A DNA stretch of 64,000 bases, taken from the human T2T-CHM13v2.0 reference genome, Homo sapiens. Numbering within the stretch: position 1 is the first letter of the stretch; each line of letters starts with the position of its first letter. The notes beneath the pieces are model-generated. The model worked only from the letters and a program-made list of their open reading frames with translations, was not told the origin of the DNA and did not search any database. The stretch lies in the NCBI RefSeq assembly GCF_009914755.1, contig NC_060925.1, one strand, 5' to 3'. Shown here piece by piece: positions 42,982 through 58,060 of this stretch. The position numbers were made by a program, and so were the translations under genes.

Positions 42982-43640
42982 ATAAATGTGTCTTATAGTC
43001 TTTATGTTAGAGATATGAGTAGATTACACATCACATTTATAGTATTAGAGTATTCTGAATTTATGTACTTACATTTAAACTTCAAGTTTGTTTGTTTGTT
43101 TGTCTTTTGCATGTTAGCATTCTTTCCTTTCAGATTTAAGAGCTCCCTTTAACATTTCTTATAATATGGGTCTAGTAATGATGCATTTCCTCAGCTTTTG
43201 TTTGTCTAGAAAAGACTTTTTCTCTCCTTCATGTTTGAAGGAAAGTTTTGCTAGGTATAGTATTCTCAGTTTGCAGTTTTTTTCCCTTCAGCACTTTGAA
43301 TCTGTTATTCCACTCCCTCCTGATCTATATGGTTTTTGTTGAGAAGTCTGTTGCCAGATGAATTGGAGCTGCTTTATATGTTATTTGCTTCTTTTCTCTT
43401 GCTGCTTTTAGGATTCTCTTTGTCCTTGACCTTTGAGAGTTTGATTATTATATCATTTGGCTTGTCTTATTTGGGATGAATATATTTGGTGTTCTGTGAC
43501 CTCTTGTACCTAGATATTAACATATTTCTCTAGGTTTAGTAGGTTTTCCATTTTATTCCTTTAAATAGGCATTCTACTCTTTGCTCTTTCTCAATTCTCT
43601 CTTGAACACCAGTGAATCTTAGATTTGCTCTTCCACGGTG

Positions 43641-43701
<61 letters not shown>

Positions 43702-43756
43702 AATCTTTCAGGCTGTCTTTATTCCTTTCATTCTGTTTTTTTTTTCCCTCTGACTA

Positions 43757-43986
43757 TATCTTGGCTTACTGCAACCTCCGCTTCTTGGATTCAAGTATTT
43801 CTTGTGCCTCAGCTACCCAAGTAGCTGGAATTACAGGCATGTGCCACCGTGCCTGTCTAATTTTTTTAGTGAGACGGGGTTTCACCATGTTGGCCAGGCT
43901 GGTCTCTAACTCCTAGGCTGAAGTGATCTGCCTGCCTCAGTCTCCCAAAGTGCTGGTATTATAGGCATGAGCCACCGTGCCTGGCT
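43757..43986 (-). mobile_element. AluS lacking its 3' end and tail
   Basis: Begins at atcttggcttactgcaacc and runs to the Alu 5' end. Confidence 0.82.
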
Positions 43987-44105
43987 AATCTCACTGATTC
44001 TTTCTTCTGCTTGATCTATTTCTTTTTTGGAGAGCCTCTGTAGTTTTTTTAAGTTCAACAAATGTATTTCTCAGTTCCAGGGTTTCAAATCTGTTTGCCA
44101 TTTGA

Positions 44106-44451
<346 letters not shown>

Positions 44452-45455
44452 TGATAAATTTATCAGTTGCTTTTTCTGTGCTGTTTTAGAGTTCATGAAT
44501 TTTCTTAAAACTGCTATTTTGAATTCTTGATCTTAGAGCTCACGTATCACCATCTCACCACGATGTTGATCACCAGCTCCTTGCTTTGTTCATTTGGGGA
44601 GATCATAGTTTCCTGTTTGCTCTTGTTCCTTGTGGATATATATCTATGTTTTTGCAATGAAGGATCAGTTTATCTTCAGTGTCTCGCTTGTTGGACTTTC
44701 TAGGTTGTATGTTTGCTTAGAAGTTCTTTGCAATTGTCTGTGATTCCCCTTAATCCTAGATTGCTGCCTCATTTTCAGCACTAGATGGCACCTTAAGCCC
44801 AGAATTTCCTCAGCTCTGGCAAATGTTTGCAGTACTACACATCTCAGATGGTAGGGTTCTTAGAGGGGATACCTCAGCTGTGTGGAAAGGCTGGCTAGGG
44901 GTTTATACCCAGATGACCTGTGGCATCTGCTTCCTCTAGCATGGTGCTGCTGTACATCCACACTGATTTGGTGTCTCCTTCGACTGAAATGAGGAGTAGT
45001 TTTACAGGCTGGAGTTTCTAATTCCACTCCCCTTTTTGTCTCTAGCTGCCCTCAGGCGGTTTTCTCCCTCCAGGCACTAGTGGTGCTTCCTGTGGGTTTA
45101 GGCAGGAATGATTTTTCTGCAAGGGAACCCAGGATGGTGGGGAAGCTGGCTATCCACCTCAATCTCACTTTTTCCAGAGTAGAACAAATGAGATTGGGAG
45201 GAATTTTCTGTGCATGATGCCTGGCAGATTGGGGCACGGACATTGCAGATAGAGAACTTTCTTTCTTTTTATAGTCTGCTCAGAGTTTTTCACTTCTCTG
45301 TCTCCCAACTATCATTTCAGCCTCAGATTTGGCTTCTAAAATGTTGCTGGTGTTAATCTGTGCTCCAGATATTTGCTTTTGGTTCTCTGTGGGGAGAGCA
45401 AAGGCAGACTGCTTCTACTCTGCCATTTTGTTGATATCCAGAATTGTATTTTTTT

Positions 45456-45663
45456 TTTTTTTAGTATATACTTTAAGTTCTGGGATACACGTGCAGAACG
45501 TGCAGGTTTGTTACATAGGTTTACATGTGCCATGGTGGTTTGCTGCACCCATCAACCCGTCATCTAGGTTTTAAGTCCCGCATGCATTAGATATTTGTCC
45601 TAATGCTATCCCTCCCTTTGCCTCCCACCCCCTCCCCCCGCTGACAGGCCATGGTATGTGATG
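45456..45663 (-). mobile_element. Short L1PA (PA7/8-like) 3' end
   Basis: ctttaagttctgggatacacgtgcagaacgtgcagg...; TSD AGAATTGTATTTTTTT on both sides. Confidence 0.85.
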
Positions 45664-46409
45664 AGAATTGTATTTTTTTCTTTTTATTTATTATTTAGCT
45701 TCTTTTACAATAACTCTTTTGAAACAGTTTCACTCTTCCTGTACTCTCAATCACTTCACTTTCTACAGATAATCTGCCTCCTACTTTTTAACAAATTTGA
45801 GGTCATCTTGATGAGTTCTTGAACCTCCCCTCCTTCAAAATTTTGTTTTGAATATTTCTGTTTTTCTTCCATCTCTCTTCCATCTTATCTCAGAGGAAGA
45901 GACTGACTTTCAGACAGAAGGTTAACTATTCTACCATTTAAAAAAATCTCCACTAAGTTATTATTACTTCTCAGTTCCCTTTATTCTCTTTTGCATCTTT
46001 AATATTTTCGTCACAGGCTTTTCCTTTTTCTAAGAGTATGCTTAGATTTCTCCCCTAAAATTCTGCCTGTTTACTCTACTTTTCAAACTATTATTTCATT
46101 TTCTTTTTACTGCAAACTTATCAAAAGTAACCCATGCTTGCTTCTTTCATTTCTCATGTTTAAACTGAGTCTTATTGTCATCACTCTCCCCAAAGTTTTC
46201 TCTTAAATACCAACTAATTATAAAATCCTTTGTCCTTCTTTTCACTTCTGATCTTCCATGATCTCTCTATGGCACTTGACACTACCCTTGTTTTCTCTTT
46301 TCTTAATTCTGCCCTCTCTTGGCTATGTGGAATTATTCTCTCCTGGATATTTTCATTCTCCTACCTGTTTGATTATTTCTTCTGTCCCTTCTTCACTAGT
46401 ACTTTTTCT

Positions 46410-46551
46410 TTTCTTTTTTTTTCTTTTTTTTGAAACAAGGTCTCACTATGTTGCCCAGCCTGGTTTTTAACAAATTCCTGGGCTCAAGCATTCCACCCGC
46501 CTCTTCCTCCCAAAGTGCTGGGATTACAGGCATGAACCACCGCACCCAGCC
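46410..46551 (-). mobile_element. FLAM-type Alu monomer
   Basis: T tail plus a single left-type monomer; flanked by tactttttctt repeats. Confidence 0.8.
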
Positions 46552-48669
46552 ATCATCATTACTTTTTCTTATTCCACTTACTAAATATAAAAGTTTCTAA
46601 GATTTTTGCCCTTGTTTCTTTTCTTTCTAAAATCTGCACTTGGTGATCTCATCTTTTCTCACAGCGTCCATCATCATTTCTGTTCAACTCTGAATCTATA
46701 TATTTTTCTCCATATTTCTCCTACATATCTTAATCTATGTTTAAAAGCCAAAGTTAAATTTATCATCTTCTAAAAAAAACTCTTATCTCTTCACCTTTAA
46801 GTCTCCCAGTGACTCACCAAAGTCATATATGGATCATTCCTCTTAATCACCTGTCATTAGGACTATGCAGTAAGTTCTCTCTCTCTCTCAATCTATTTAT
46901 ATACACTTCTACCAGATTGTCTCCTAATGCATAGTTTTTATTATGTAGTTTGCCTACTCAGAAACTTTTAATGATTTATTACAAAGTAAAGTTGAACTCC
47001 TTTGTCTAGTGTAAAAAGTCCTCTGTAATTCTCAAAATATATTTTAGAATTACCTGCATTAGAATTGCCTGAGATACAGGGTACCATACTAGATTGTCAA
47101 GGATCTCCTGTGGCTCAGGGATTTGCCTTCTTAACCAGTCTTTACGTGATTGTAAAGCTTATTGGCTTCTGCTTCATGATTTTCCTTTGTTTTCTACACC
47201 TCCCTTACATAATATCACTTGGTTTCACGTAATCTACATTTCTGCAATTTCAATCTTGTAAATTAAATTACTTGTCATTACTACATTGAATTACTTGCCA
47301 TTTCATCATATTGACCTGATTGTGTACCATGCTTTCAAATGTACCTGCTCTAACTGTTTCCTCTGTGGAATACCCCCTCTTCTAGGCTGTTTTATCTATC
47401 AGGATTAATTTCAATACTCCATCCTATTCAAGCTTTTCTTGGCCTGAGCTGGAAGTGAGTTTCCCTTCCTCTGAGTATTTTATGGCTGTTTTATGGGACT
47501 TTTCTTAATTATTATAATCAGTTGCTTACAACAAGCCTTTTGTTTTTTTAACCATTAAGACTGTAAGCTCCTTGAGTTCTGTTATCATGTGAGGTTTACA
47601 TTTTTGTATCCCCCATAGATATATAAACGTAAGCTTAGAGGCCTGGAACATAGATGATAGTAGATATTCAATAACTTTCTTAAAATAATAGACTAATTGG
47701 TAATTGATCTGTGTACCAAATAGATAGATGGGTGAATATATGGTAATCTTATTCTACCTCATAAAATCTTACTCATTTTTCCTATAGTGAAAAGTAAAAA
47801 AAAATCTGGAGTTGCTTGCTATTATGAGTTGAAGGGATTATATTTCAGGGAAACTCACTAAGACTTTCCATAAAAAGTTAAGATTAAAAATGCTGATTTC
47901 TCTATCTAGTTCAGGCAAAGAGGTGAAATAAGAATTTTCTAGGTATATTTGCAGTCCTGAAGTTCTATTCAAGACCAAGCATCTAAAGGACTTCTACATT
48001 CCTGTTTTACATATTATTTCTTGGGTATCCCGAAGTTTAGTTTATTAAAAATTAAGGCATGATTTTAAATAGCTATTCATATTATTTATTTTTAAAATGT
48101 AATTTACCCCTCAGGCAGTATTTTCTCTTAGGCTCCAGCAGTTTCTATATATGTACTCTCTTTAGGGGCAAGCAATTTTCTGATGACCCATTCTGTGTAC
48201 CAGTTTATCTGTTGGGGAATTAAAGTAGGAGATAGCAGAGTAGTACTCTTTGGCATCATTTAAAAGTATATTACCACATAGCAATGAACAATGCTGTTTT
48301 CCCATACCTTTTTAATGGGAAAGTGTTTGTAAAGTCTATCTCTGGTGGATTTTCTATTACTTTTCGGTATTATGTTGAGAAATCTGACCTATTTAGCATA
48401 ATTTTTTTCATTGAAAAGTGATTTCAAGAACATAAGATCTGTGATAAAGTAACAAATACTCAGAATAAATTATGTTCTTTCAAATACAATATTTCTTTTA
48501 TTTCTTCTTGTATATTCTTTCCTTGTTGGAGGAAACTGATTTGTTCAAAGGAATTAGTTAACCCTTGAGTTCCATATGTCTATGGAAGGAGATAGAATAT
48601 TGCCAACATGTGGTTTAAATAAAAATTATGGTATTTGTGTATATATATATATATTTTTTTTTTCAATGA

Positions 48670-48864
<195 letters not shown>

Positions 48865-49189
48865 TCACAATTCTAATGTAATAATATATCTTAATTCAAG
48901 GAACCTAGAATTTATTTTTCTCCTTAGAGATAAGGAAAATAACATTTGCCAAATTTCATATTTTAATTGAAAATTACATTATATTAACATCACAATTGTC
49001 ATCTATATATTCTATATGAAAAATATTTATTATAACTTAACAAATGAGAACTACTTAAAGGAATGGTTTTTATGTTAGGAGAAAATACAATACACCACTT
49101 TTTTCTCACAAAAATTCACATTATTAAGACCTAAGTTCATTTATACTTACAAGTTATAGTTTAAAATATTATTGTAAATACCCTAGTTT

Positions 49190-49195
49190 AATAAA
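49190..49195 (+). terminator. MSH4 polyadenylation signal AATAAA
   Basis: First canonical AATAAA I see after the stop codon (about 325 nt downstream), followed by T-rich sequence. Confidence 0.7.
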
Positions 49196-49829
49196 CACCT
49201 TTCTTTTTAGGTCTGGAAACTTTTTTGAGCTTTTCTTTTACATTCTATTCTGAAGTAATAATGCCCTATAACTCAACAATTTATTAATCAGTACCCCCAC
49301 TTCCAACACTGGAGGGTTCTGAAGTTCATCAGAGTAATTTTGGAATCACGCTGCTAAGTGAGTAATCTCAGCATAAAGGCCTAACATAGACAAGTTATTC
49401 TTTTCTTGGGCAACTAAGTGTCTGGAATTCAAGCTATACATTTGAAACATTTATTTAGTAAGCTACAGTATTCATAATAATTTGACCCCCCAATATTATT
49501 CACAGACCACTTAGGGCCATATTTTATTCTATAACATTTAATATTAATGTTTGTTGACTTTATTAAACACTCAGCATTCTAAGTAAATATTAGTAGCCAA
49601 GTATATTGAAAAAGTTATAATTTAAATGACACACATATTATTTTGGAAAAGTAAATATAAATTATTTTTTGTTTTACATTCAATTCAATATATATTAAAT
49701 GTCTTGTTAGATTACTTATATTCCTTATTGTCATGTTTTAGAAAAAATATCACAATATTTATATTTGACTATTAGCTATGTTTTAATTTACAGCCTCTGA
49801 AATGAATTCCATTTTGTGTGGTCATTTCT

Positions 49830-50135
49830 TTTTCTTTATATTTTTTCTTTTTGAGACAGAGTCTCGCTCTTGTTCCCCAGACTGGAGTGCAATGGCGTGA
49901 TATCGACTCCCTGCAACCTCTACTTCCCAGCTTCAAGCGATTCTACTGCCTTAGCCTCCTGAGTCGCTGGGACTACAAGCGCCCACCACCACGCCTGGCT
50001 AATTTTTGTATTTTTGGTAGAGACGGGGTTTCATAATGTTGGCCAGGCTAGTCTCGAACTCCTGACCTCAGGTGATCCGCCTGCCTCGGCCTCCCAAAGT
50101 GCTGGGATTACAGATGTGAGCCACTGTGCCTGGCC
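49830..50135 (-). mobile_element. AluS (Sq/Sx-like)
   Basis: Full dimer; TSD TT(G/A)TGTGGTCATTTCT. Confidence 0.92.
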
Positions 50136-50935
50136 TTATGTGGTCATTTCTAAAGGCAGTTAGGTAATTTAGGCTTGTGGCAAATTTCAAGAAGACACTG
50201 AGGAGGAAAAGGGCATGGCAGATTGTTTGGGGTGGCAGGAAAAAAAGAGAGGAAAGCAATAAAAGGTAGAAAGGGAGTAGGCAGTGGGGAAAAAAACAGG
50301 CAAGCAGAGACGAGTGCAACATATCAAATATGCTGAATATCATTTCATCAAATACATTAACTTCTTTTTAGATGTAACCTCAATGTTAGATTCCACCCGA
50401 CTTTTAAGAAATTTTTCATCAATTAAAGCTTTTGATGCAAAAACTGCAGCCAAATGATTAATGTCTTTTATTTTAGAATTGAGATACTGATATAAAAACA
50501 GGTTTATATCTTCTTAAAATTAAATTACTTTTTCTTATACCATTTTGTGTGTAGCAGAAACATACAAAAAACCAAATCAAATAAAGATATAATTATTATG
50601 TCATGGTACTACAGAATGAAGGTGAATACTAGGGAGATAATCCATTTCTTAATTTTAAGATCTATTTGCTCTACTCTTTTGTTCCTCTTTGCCTTTGCCT
50701 TTTTCTAATATTATAGATCATTATCTCATAATCCAGTCTTTCAAGGTAAATGCTCATAATGTGTTAGCAAACTCCTTTAATTTCCACCACAAAGCCATTA
50801 TTTTAGCCTGTTCCACCTTTCTCCTCATAGAATAAAATCCTACATAAGATAGTCTTTTTCAAGTTTAGGGGTAAAATATGGGGGGGTGGGGATGGAGAAG
50901 AAACACAGCTTATTCTCATGCCTAGGAAGTAATGC

Positions 50936-51634
50936 ATTTATTTTTACATTTACATTCAATAAAATTAATTTTTTTGGTGTACAGTCCTGTGAATTTTAGT
51001 ACATTTATGGATTCACATAACCACCAGCAAAATCAGGATAGAGAACCCTCCCATCATTCCAAAAGACTTCCTTAGTGCTGTTCCTTTGTAGTCAAATCTT
51101 TCCCTGACCCTTAACTTTAACCCAGCAATCACAGGCCTGTTTTCTTTCCCTATAGTTTTATTTTTTCCCAGAATGTCCAACAAATGGAATCCATATAGCA
51201 TGTAACCTTTTGAGACTGGCTTCTTTTGCATAATGCTTTTGAAATGTATACATGTTGCTGTGCCTTTTTATTGCTGACAAGTATTTCATTGTTTATATGT
51301 GCCAGAGTTTGTTGTCCTTTCATTCACTGAGGGACATTTGGGTTTTTAGTTCTTAGCGATTATGAATAAAGCTACCATAAACCTTCCTATACAAGGTTTT
51401 TTGGGAGCATAAGTTTTCATTTATCTAGATTAAATAGGAGTAAAATAGCTGTGTCATACGTTAAGTGTATGTTTTATTTCATAAGAAGCTGCCAGACTTT
51501 TCCAGAGTGACTATATCACTTTTCATTCTCATCAGCTATGTGTGAGTTCCAGTTGCTCCTCATGTTCACTAGTACTTAGTATTGTCAGCTTTCTTTTCTT
51601 TTTTCAGTTGAGCCATTTTAATAGGTGTGCAGTG
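50936..51634 (-). mobile_element. L1MC/MD-type 3' end
   Basis: ggaatccatatagcatgtaaccttttgagactggcttct..., tttccagagtgactata..; flanked by agtaatgc. Confidence 0.75.
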
Positions 51635-52499
51635 AGTAATGCTTTTTAAACAAATTTTAAAGCTATTCTGATAATTTTTTTAACCAGAAGTGATGTTTTA
51701 TTTCTTTTTTCTATTTTTAACTGCTTTTAGCCTCTCTGATAGCACATTTTAAAATCTGTTCCTTCAAGCAAAAGTTTTAGAGTAAGTATTACTTTTAGAA
51801 AGCTATAAAACAAATCTAATTCAGTAAATATTTTCTATGGACCAGGCAACATATTAGGTGTTAGAGGTACAAGAGATAGGGCATTTGACTTGAGAACCTT
51901 GGGTGTAATAAAGAGAAAAAAGCACATATATTAGGATTGGAGCATCATGTGATAAGTGCCATAATAGAGGAATGTTTAAGGCAATGGAACCAACCGTATG
52001 TAACCTTTGTCGGTCAAAGGGAATTTAGAGGATAAAATATATTGGGTTTTAAGGAAGGAAAAGGCATTTTAGATAGATCAGCATATGTGTAAGTAAAGAT
52101 ATGTGAAACAGTGAGCAGCTTAGTTTAACTAGAGGATACAGTGCATATGAGAGAGTGAAGCTAGGTGCTTTCTATCAGTTTCTCCTATAAACCACTGTAG
52201 AGTTTTAAGGCATGTTTGCCCTTGGGGGATTGGCAAGGGATGGTGGTAGTAGTAATGGTGGTATAACATAATTAGATTTGCATCTTAATAAGATCATCTG
52301 GGTGTTAGCATGAATGATTTTGAAATGGGCAGTTGAAACCAGAGTCAAGGAGACCAAATAGTTTAAGAGACTATTTTAGTAGAGTTGATGAGGGTTAAAG
52401 GTAGAAATGATGGGAACAGGACAGATGCGTGTGGGAGGAGAGAAGAGTTGAGTGGGCAGAGTGGCTGATGAGGGAGAGAAGACATTGATTTGAAAGATA

Positions 52500-52862
52500 T
52501 CATGTCTTTTGAGGGAATATAGTTGGAGCTGGAGGTCATTATCCTCAGCAAATTAATGCAGGAACAGAAAACCAAACACCGCATGTTCTCACTTATAGTG
52601 GGAGCTAAATGATGAGAACACATGGACACATGGAGGGGAACAACACACACCAGGGCCTGGCAGAGGGTGGAGATGGAAGAGGGAGAGCATCAGGAAGAAC
52701 AGCTAATGGATGCTGGTCTTAATACCTAGGTGATGGGATGACCTGTGCAGCAAACCACCATGGCACACATTTACCTGTGTAACAAACCTGCACATCTTGG
52801 ACATGTACCCCTGAACTTAAAAAAAAAAGACAAAAAATGTTTTAAATGTGAAAACAACAAAA
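52500..52862 (+). mobile_element. L1PA (older) 3' end
   Basis: ggagctggaggtcattatcctcagcaaa...aacaaacctgcacatc..cctgaacttaaaa. Confidence 0.85.
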
Positions 52863-52874
52863 AAGATATGTTCG

Positions 52875-53209
52875 AGTGCTTACCCTCAGTACCTCAGAAT
52901 GTGATGTTGTTTGGAAATAAGATTACTGCAAATGTAATCAGATAAGATATGACAGCTGTCTTTATAAGACCACATGAAGACAGAGGGGAACACCATATGA
53001 AGACAAAGGATTGAAGTAGTGCAGCTACAAGCCAAGGAAGGGAAACCACCAGAAGCTAGAATGAGGTAAGGAAGAATTCTTGTAAAAGCTTCAAAGAGAG
53101 GAGGGCCCTGGTGACACCTTGATTTTGGACTCATGGGATTCACAACTGTGAGATGAGAAAGTACGCAGTGTGTGGCACTTTGTTATGGCAACTCTAGGAA
53201 ACTAATACA
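52875..53209 (+). mobile_element. MLT1-type MaLR LTR
   Basis: cctcagaatgtga..tttggaaata..; ends ctaggaaactaataca. Confidence 0.75.
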
Positions 53210-54036
53210 GAAGGGAAGAGTTCAGTAAGATTCTGGGTGGTGATGGATTTATCATGTTGAGAAATATGGAAGTAATCAGAATTCCAGTAGGAAGAAGTTC
53301 CTGAAACTTAGATGCTGCTTATTTCCCACCCTTTAGAATAGGTATGAGCCACAGTCAATAAAAGTGAAGACTAGACCAAATTTGTTAATCTTTCTTAGAG
53401 TTGAAGACATATGAAGAGAATGATGGAAGAAAAGGATGAAAATTAGAGAATAAATGTCAAAAGATTTGCTGAGGTATTTGGCCAGACAAATCACTTCATC
53501 TGGATCACCAATCTAGTGTTTCTTTATGTGCTAGACTAAAGGTAGCTTTTAGGCTTTCTTTATATTAACTTATTTTTTACCAAAATATATAACTATTTAC
53601 ATGTTTCTAGTAAAGGAAATATTCATATGAATAGCCTGTCTATAATATATACTTCTATATTTATGAGCTTAAAATATGCTGAGTTATAATTAAACATTTT
53701 AATAAAGTGTATAAGTAAGCATTTCTATAATTCAATCCTATAATGTATTTTTACTTCACCTAAATGAAAGTAGAGGGAAAGAAAAAGCAAGTAATCTGGT
53801 TGGATTGCTCCATGTCTTTGCTACTTTACTATTTACATTCTGTTCTTTAGACACTGTAATAATAATATTCACACAGTTTATGTTAGTACAGAACCAGAGT
53901 GAACACTCTTTCTATAAATTGTCACACTTTGATAGTACTCAGACTGTGAGTGGACAGTGGAAACTGCTACTGTCTGCCATAATTTACTAAGACAGGCCCT
54001 AAAATATATAGTGATAAGGTGGGAACAGGTGCTCAT

Positions 54037-54545
54037 TGTCAAAAACTGTGAAGAGTCTGACATTTTTACCCTAATTGCAAGCAAGCAGTTTAGCCTGCCA
54101 TAGCTTCATGCTTACTGTCAGAAGACAAGAGACTCCTGGGTTAGAAACAAAGGACTTTATTACTAATGGCATTAGCAAGTAGCATAAGATTGATGCTTGT
54201 GTCGATTCCACTTAGATCCACCCTCCAAGATATGGAGTGGTCCAAGTAGATGTGGACACAGTAGATTTGTGTCACAGCTGAGGAGCTCTGAGCTTGGGAA
54301 ATTCCAATCTTTTATAATGAGTTTCCAGCAAACTTGCTCAACCTTTACCTGAGAAACACATTGCTTTTTTATACTAGACAATAAACAAACCTGCTCTCTG
54401 CTCCAAAGGAAGACACTATCTCTATCTCCCAAACTGCTCGCTATACAAACATTCTTGAAAAGCTAGCCCATAATAAATGGAAATTAGTGCCTCTGCTCCT
54501 GACAGGAAAAACACGAGAGAGATCCATAGAGAACTGTCTTCCAAG
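54037..54545 (-). mobile_element. ERVL solo LTR (LTR40-like)
   Basis: Minus strand reads ttggaagacagttctctatggatctctc...ttttcaagaatgtttgtatagcga..gatagagatagtgtct, resembling LTR40 as I recall it. Confidence 0.6.
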
Positions 54546-54865
54546 TCTCATGTTTGCATATAGTTATAGAGAAAAAAGTCTAGTACTTAGAAAATAGCCA
54601 AAAAATTGTCTGAGAAAACTCTACTTTTTAAGATAAGTTTCGTCGTGATGAAAGAACATGCAGATTGAACTGATATTTTCATTTTGATGTAATTTGGATG
54701 AAAATAGTTCATTTCACTTTGTGTAAAATGCATATAATTTATTCCATTGTATAGAAGTAATGGGCAGAGTCATGTATTGATTAAAGTGATCCAATTAAGA
54801 TGTTGTGTGAAAATATATTTTCTAAATGAATGTTTAATGCAATAAAAACTTACATGAAGTGAATT

Positions 54866-54871
54866 TTTATT
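54866..54871 (-). terminator. ASB17 polyadenylation signal AATAAA
   Basis: TTTATT on + strand, about 57 nt past the ASB17 stop codon. Confidence 0.7.
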
Positions 54872-54928
54872 AACTTCTAAGCCATACATTGGTAAGCATT
54901 GTTAAGGAACTTAGGACACTGACGTATG

Positions 54929-55135
54929 TTAGATTTCTAAATTCAGATAGTTTTGTAGACGAGCAGGAATTAGAAGTGAAAATATTCCATCTGGGAGCAT
55001 ATTGTTGGTTAATAGTTGATTCCTGATGGTTAGTCTGCAAAGATGTAATAGTTCACATGGATCTTTGTATCTTGTTGAAGGAATGTAATCAAACCAATTT
55101 GAAATAATTGGATGTCTTCCTAAACTCAGCTGTGT
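54929..55135 (-). CDS. ASB17: ASB17 terminal coding exon, SOCS box
   Basis: Minus-strand tttcag| TQLSLGRHPIISNWFDYIPSTRYKDPCELLHLCRLTIRNQLLTNNMLPDGIFSLLIPARLQNYLNLEI*; SOCS box L..LCR..IR...L.IP..L..YL; not in the ORF track. Confidence 0.93.
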   Translation of the reverse strand, partial: TQLSLGRHPIISNWFDYIPSTRYKDPCELLHLCRLTIRNQLLTNNMLPDGIFSLLIPARLQNYLNLEI

Positions 55136-55361
55136 CTGAAGAAAAGCAAAATATTTTACTTTTGTAATGTTTTGTAATTTGGATTAGTCCAAATTATTAA
55201 AACTTATTTTTAATTTAAATTTAGAAAATAGACCATAAATTTATAAAACCCTTATAACTTTTTTCCAAAGCATTTTTACTTGAGGCAAGTATTTTATTCC
55301 CATTTTTTTCCACAGGGATAAACTTCAAATAATCTATATGTCTAAGGACACAAGGCAACAG

Positions 55362-55923
55362 TTTTTTTTTTTATTATTATACTTTAAGTTTTAGGGTACA
55401 TGTGCACAATGTGCAGGTTAGTTACATATGTATACATGTGCCATGCTGGTGTGCTGCACCCATTAACTCGTCATTTAGCATTAGGTATATCTCCTAAAGC
55501 TATCCCTCCCCTCTCCCCCTACCCTACAACAGTACCTAGAGTGTGATGTTCCCCTTCCTGTGTCCATGTGTTCTCATTGTTCAGTTCCCACCTATGAGTG
55601 ACAATATGCGGTGTTTGGTTTTTTGTTCTTGCGATAGTTTACTGAGAATGATGATTTCCAATTTCATCCATGTCCCTACAAAGGGCATGAACTCATCCTT
55701 TTTTATGGCTGCATAGTATTCCATGGTGTATATGTGCCACATTTTCTTAATCCAGTCTATCATTGTTGGACATTTGGGTTGGTTCCAAGTCTTTGCTATT
55801 GTGAATAGTGCTGCAATAAACATATGTGTGCATGTGTCTTTATAGCAGCATGATTTATAGTCCTTTGGGTATATACCCAGTAATGGGATGGCTGGGTCAA
55901 ATGGTATTTCTAGATCTAGATCC
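55362..55923 (-). mobile_element. Young L1PA (PA2/3-like) 3' fragment
   Basis: Near-consensus ORF2 C-terminus (ORF 55581..55823 ...ILSLIGGN*) plus 3'UTR and tail. Confidence 0.92.
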
Positions 55924-55989
55924 GAACAAGTTTTTAATTTTAGTTGGATTGTACTTTTATTTTATCAACTTCTTCCTGAAGAGTAGTAA

Positions 55990-56135
55990 CGGTCAACTTA
56001 GCCATATAGAATTATCTGGGAGACTGTAAAAAATACCAGTGCTCAGGCCCTACTCCACAAATTCTGATTCAACTGGTCTGGGGTTGGACACAGACAACCT
56101 AAGTCCTAAAAGTTTCCCAGGTGATATCAACCATT
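55990..56135. mobile_element. MER5A-like MITE
   Basis: agaattatctgggaga..ctcaggccctactcca..ttctgattcaactggtctggggt..agtttcccaggtgat. Confidence 0.7.
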
Positions 56136-56696
56136 GTAGAGTAAAGCTTCATACACAAGAAGGCCTGACACAGGCCTGTCCAAATGAAAAGATGTCTTTT
56201 AAAGGTCTAGAAAGGCATCTTTTAAAATATTTAATCTTACGGATCAAATGTTAATAGATTGACTTAGGAGGAAAAAACATTGCTGTATTACAGAAATATT
56301 CTCCACTAGAACATATACTCCACAGGCTACATGATACTATTGTTTATCTATTACTTGTATAATGCATTCATTATTCAATTATTTAACTATTAAAGAGTAT
56401 ATGCTTAGCATTGTGATAGGTGCTTGGGATAATTTGCTAGGGTAGGTAAAATAGACACATCCTCTGTGCTTACAAGACTCACGGTGTAGAGGTAGAAATA
56501 TCTAAACATATATTTACAATAAAATATATGTGCTGCGATAGGGAAAACTACTGGGAAGTGTGGAAATGCAGAACAGAGGTATTTAAAGTGTTCTTTAAGC
56601 AGTTTTAATGCTATTCTTTATCTTCCTGCTCAATGCTATTTTACTTTATTAAACTGCAATTGATTGGAACCCAGCTATAAATTTTTTGCCACTTAG

Positions 56697-57055
<359 letters not shown>

Positions 57056-58060
57056 TGTCCTAGTGCTTTTCTACTAGTGTTGTATCTCAGGAATAGCATT
57101 CATGGAACTGGTTGAGAATTGATATGTTCTGTAACAATTATGCAGAATTAATACTGGACCAAGGACAAGCAAGTTTCTGAAAATGCAAAAAAAAATTTGT
57201 TTTAAAAATGGGCTGCCAAAATAATTTGATAAATTTGCTTTGCTTATAGTTGGCTCAGACATTCATATTCACTGCTGAGGCACTGAAGAAAAAAAAACAG
57301 TGGAGTTATATCTCTTATGAGTTTATTTCTGAAGTCACACCCTTAAAGATTAGGGGAACTACTGGATTCCTTGTTAATTTGATTGGTTTAAATTTATAGG
57401 GGTAGCTTTCTCTCTATTAAACGGACTTCTTTCTTGCTACTAATGGGCATGATTCAATTTGATGATGACACTTGCAGTTCATTTTGACAGGGTACCCTGT
57501 ATGCTGTTAATTGTTTTCTCTAAATTTGATTTATTCCAGAAACTTTGTAAAGACGGTCTCCACATTTCTGAGGGATAGATATTTTCACTTGAACAAATAT
57601 TTTAAGCCTTTATTTATATTTTTATAATGCTTGACGTTGCTTTGAGAACTTGAATGGAAAAAATCTGTTTTTTGACATATGATTGTATTTGTGGGGAGAA
57701 ATGTAACCCTTATTTTGAAATATTCTGTTGGAAAGGAAGTCTGTTAAATTTTTTGATTTTGTTTTTAAAGGACAGAGACATCTTAAACAGTTTTAAAAAT
57801 ATAATTAGGATATAATATATATCTACTTAATACTAAAATGAACTATACATATAACTTAAAATTCTTTCATATTTCTAAAAACATAAGAAGTAAAGGACTG
57901 TTTGAGATTTTCCCTATTATTTTTATTAATAGGCATATACTCAATGATCTGTCACTGGACATATTCTATAAATTAAAAATTAACTGTATTCTTTCCTTTA
58001 CAGTTGAATCTTAAGATTCACTAATATTTGAGCCCATTTTTTTTAAAGTAGTTTTCTTAC

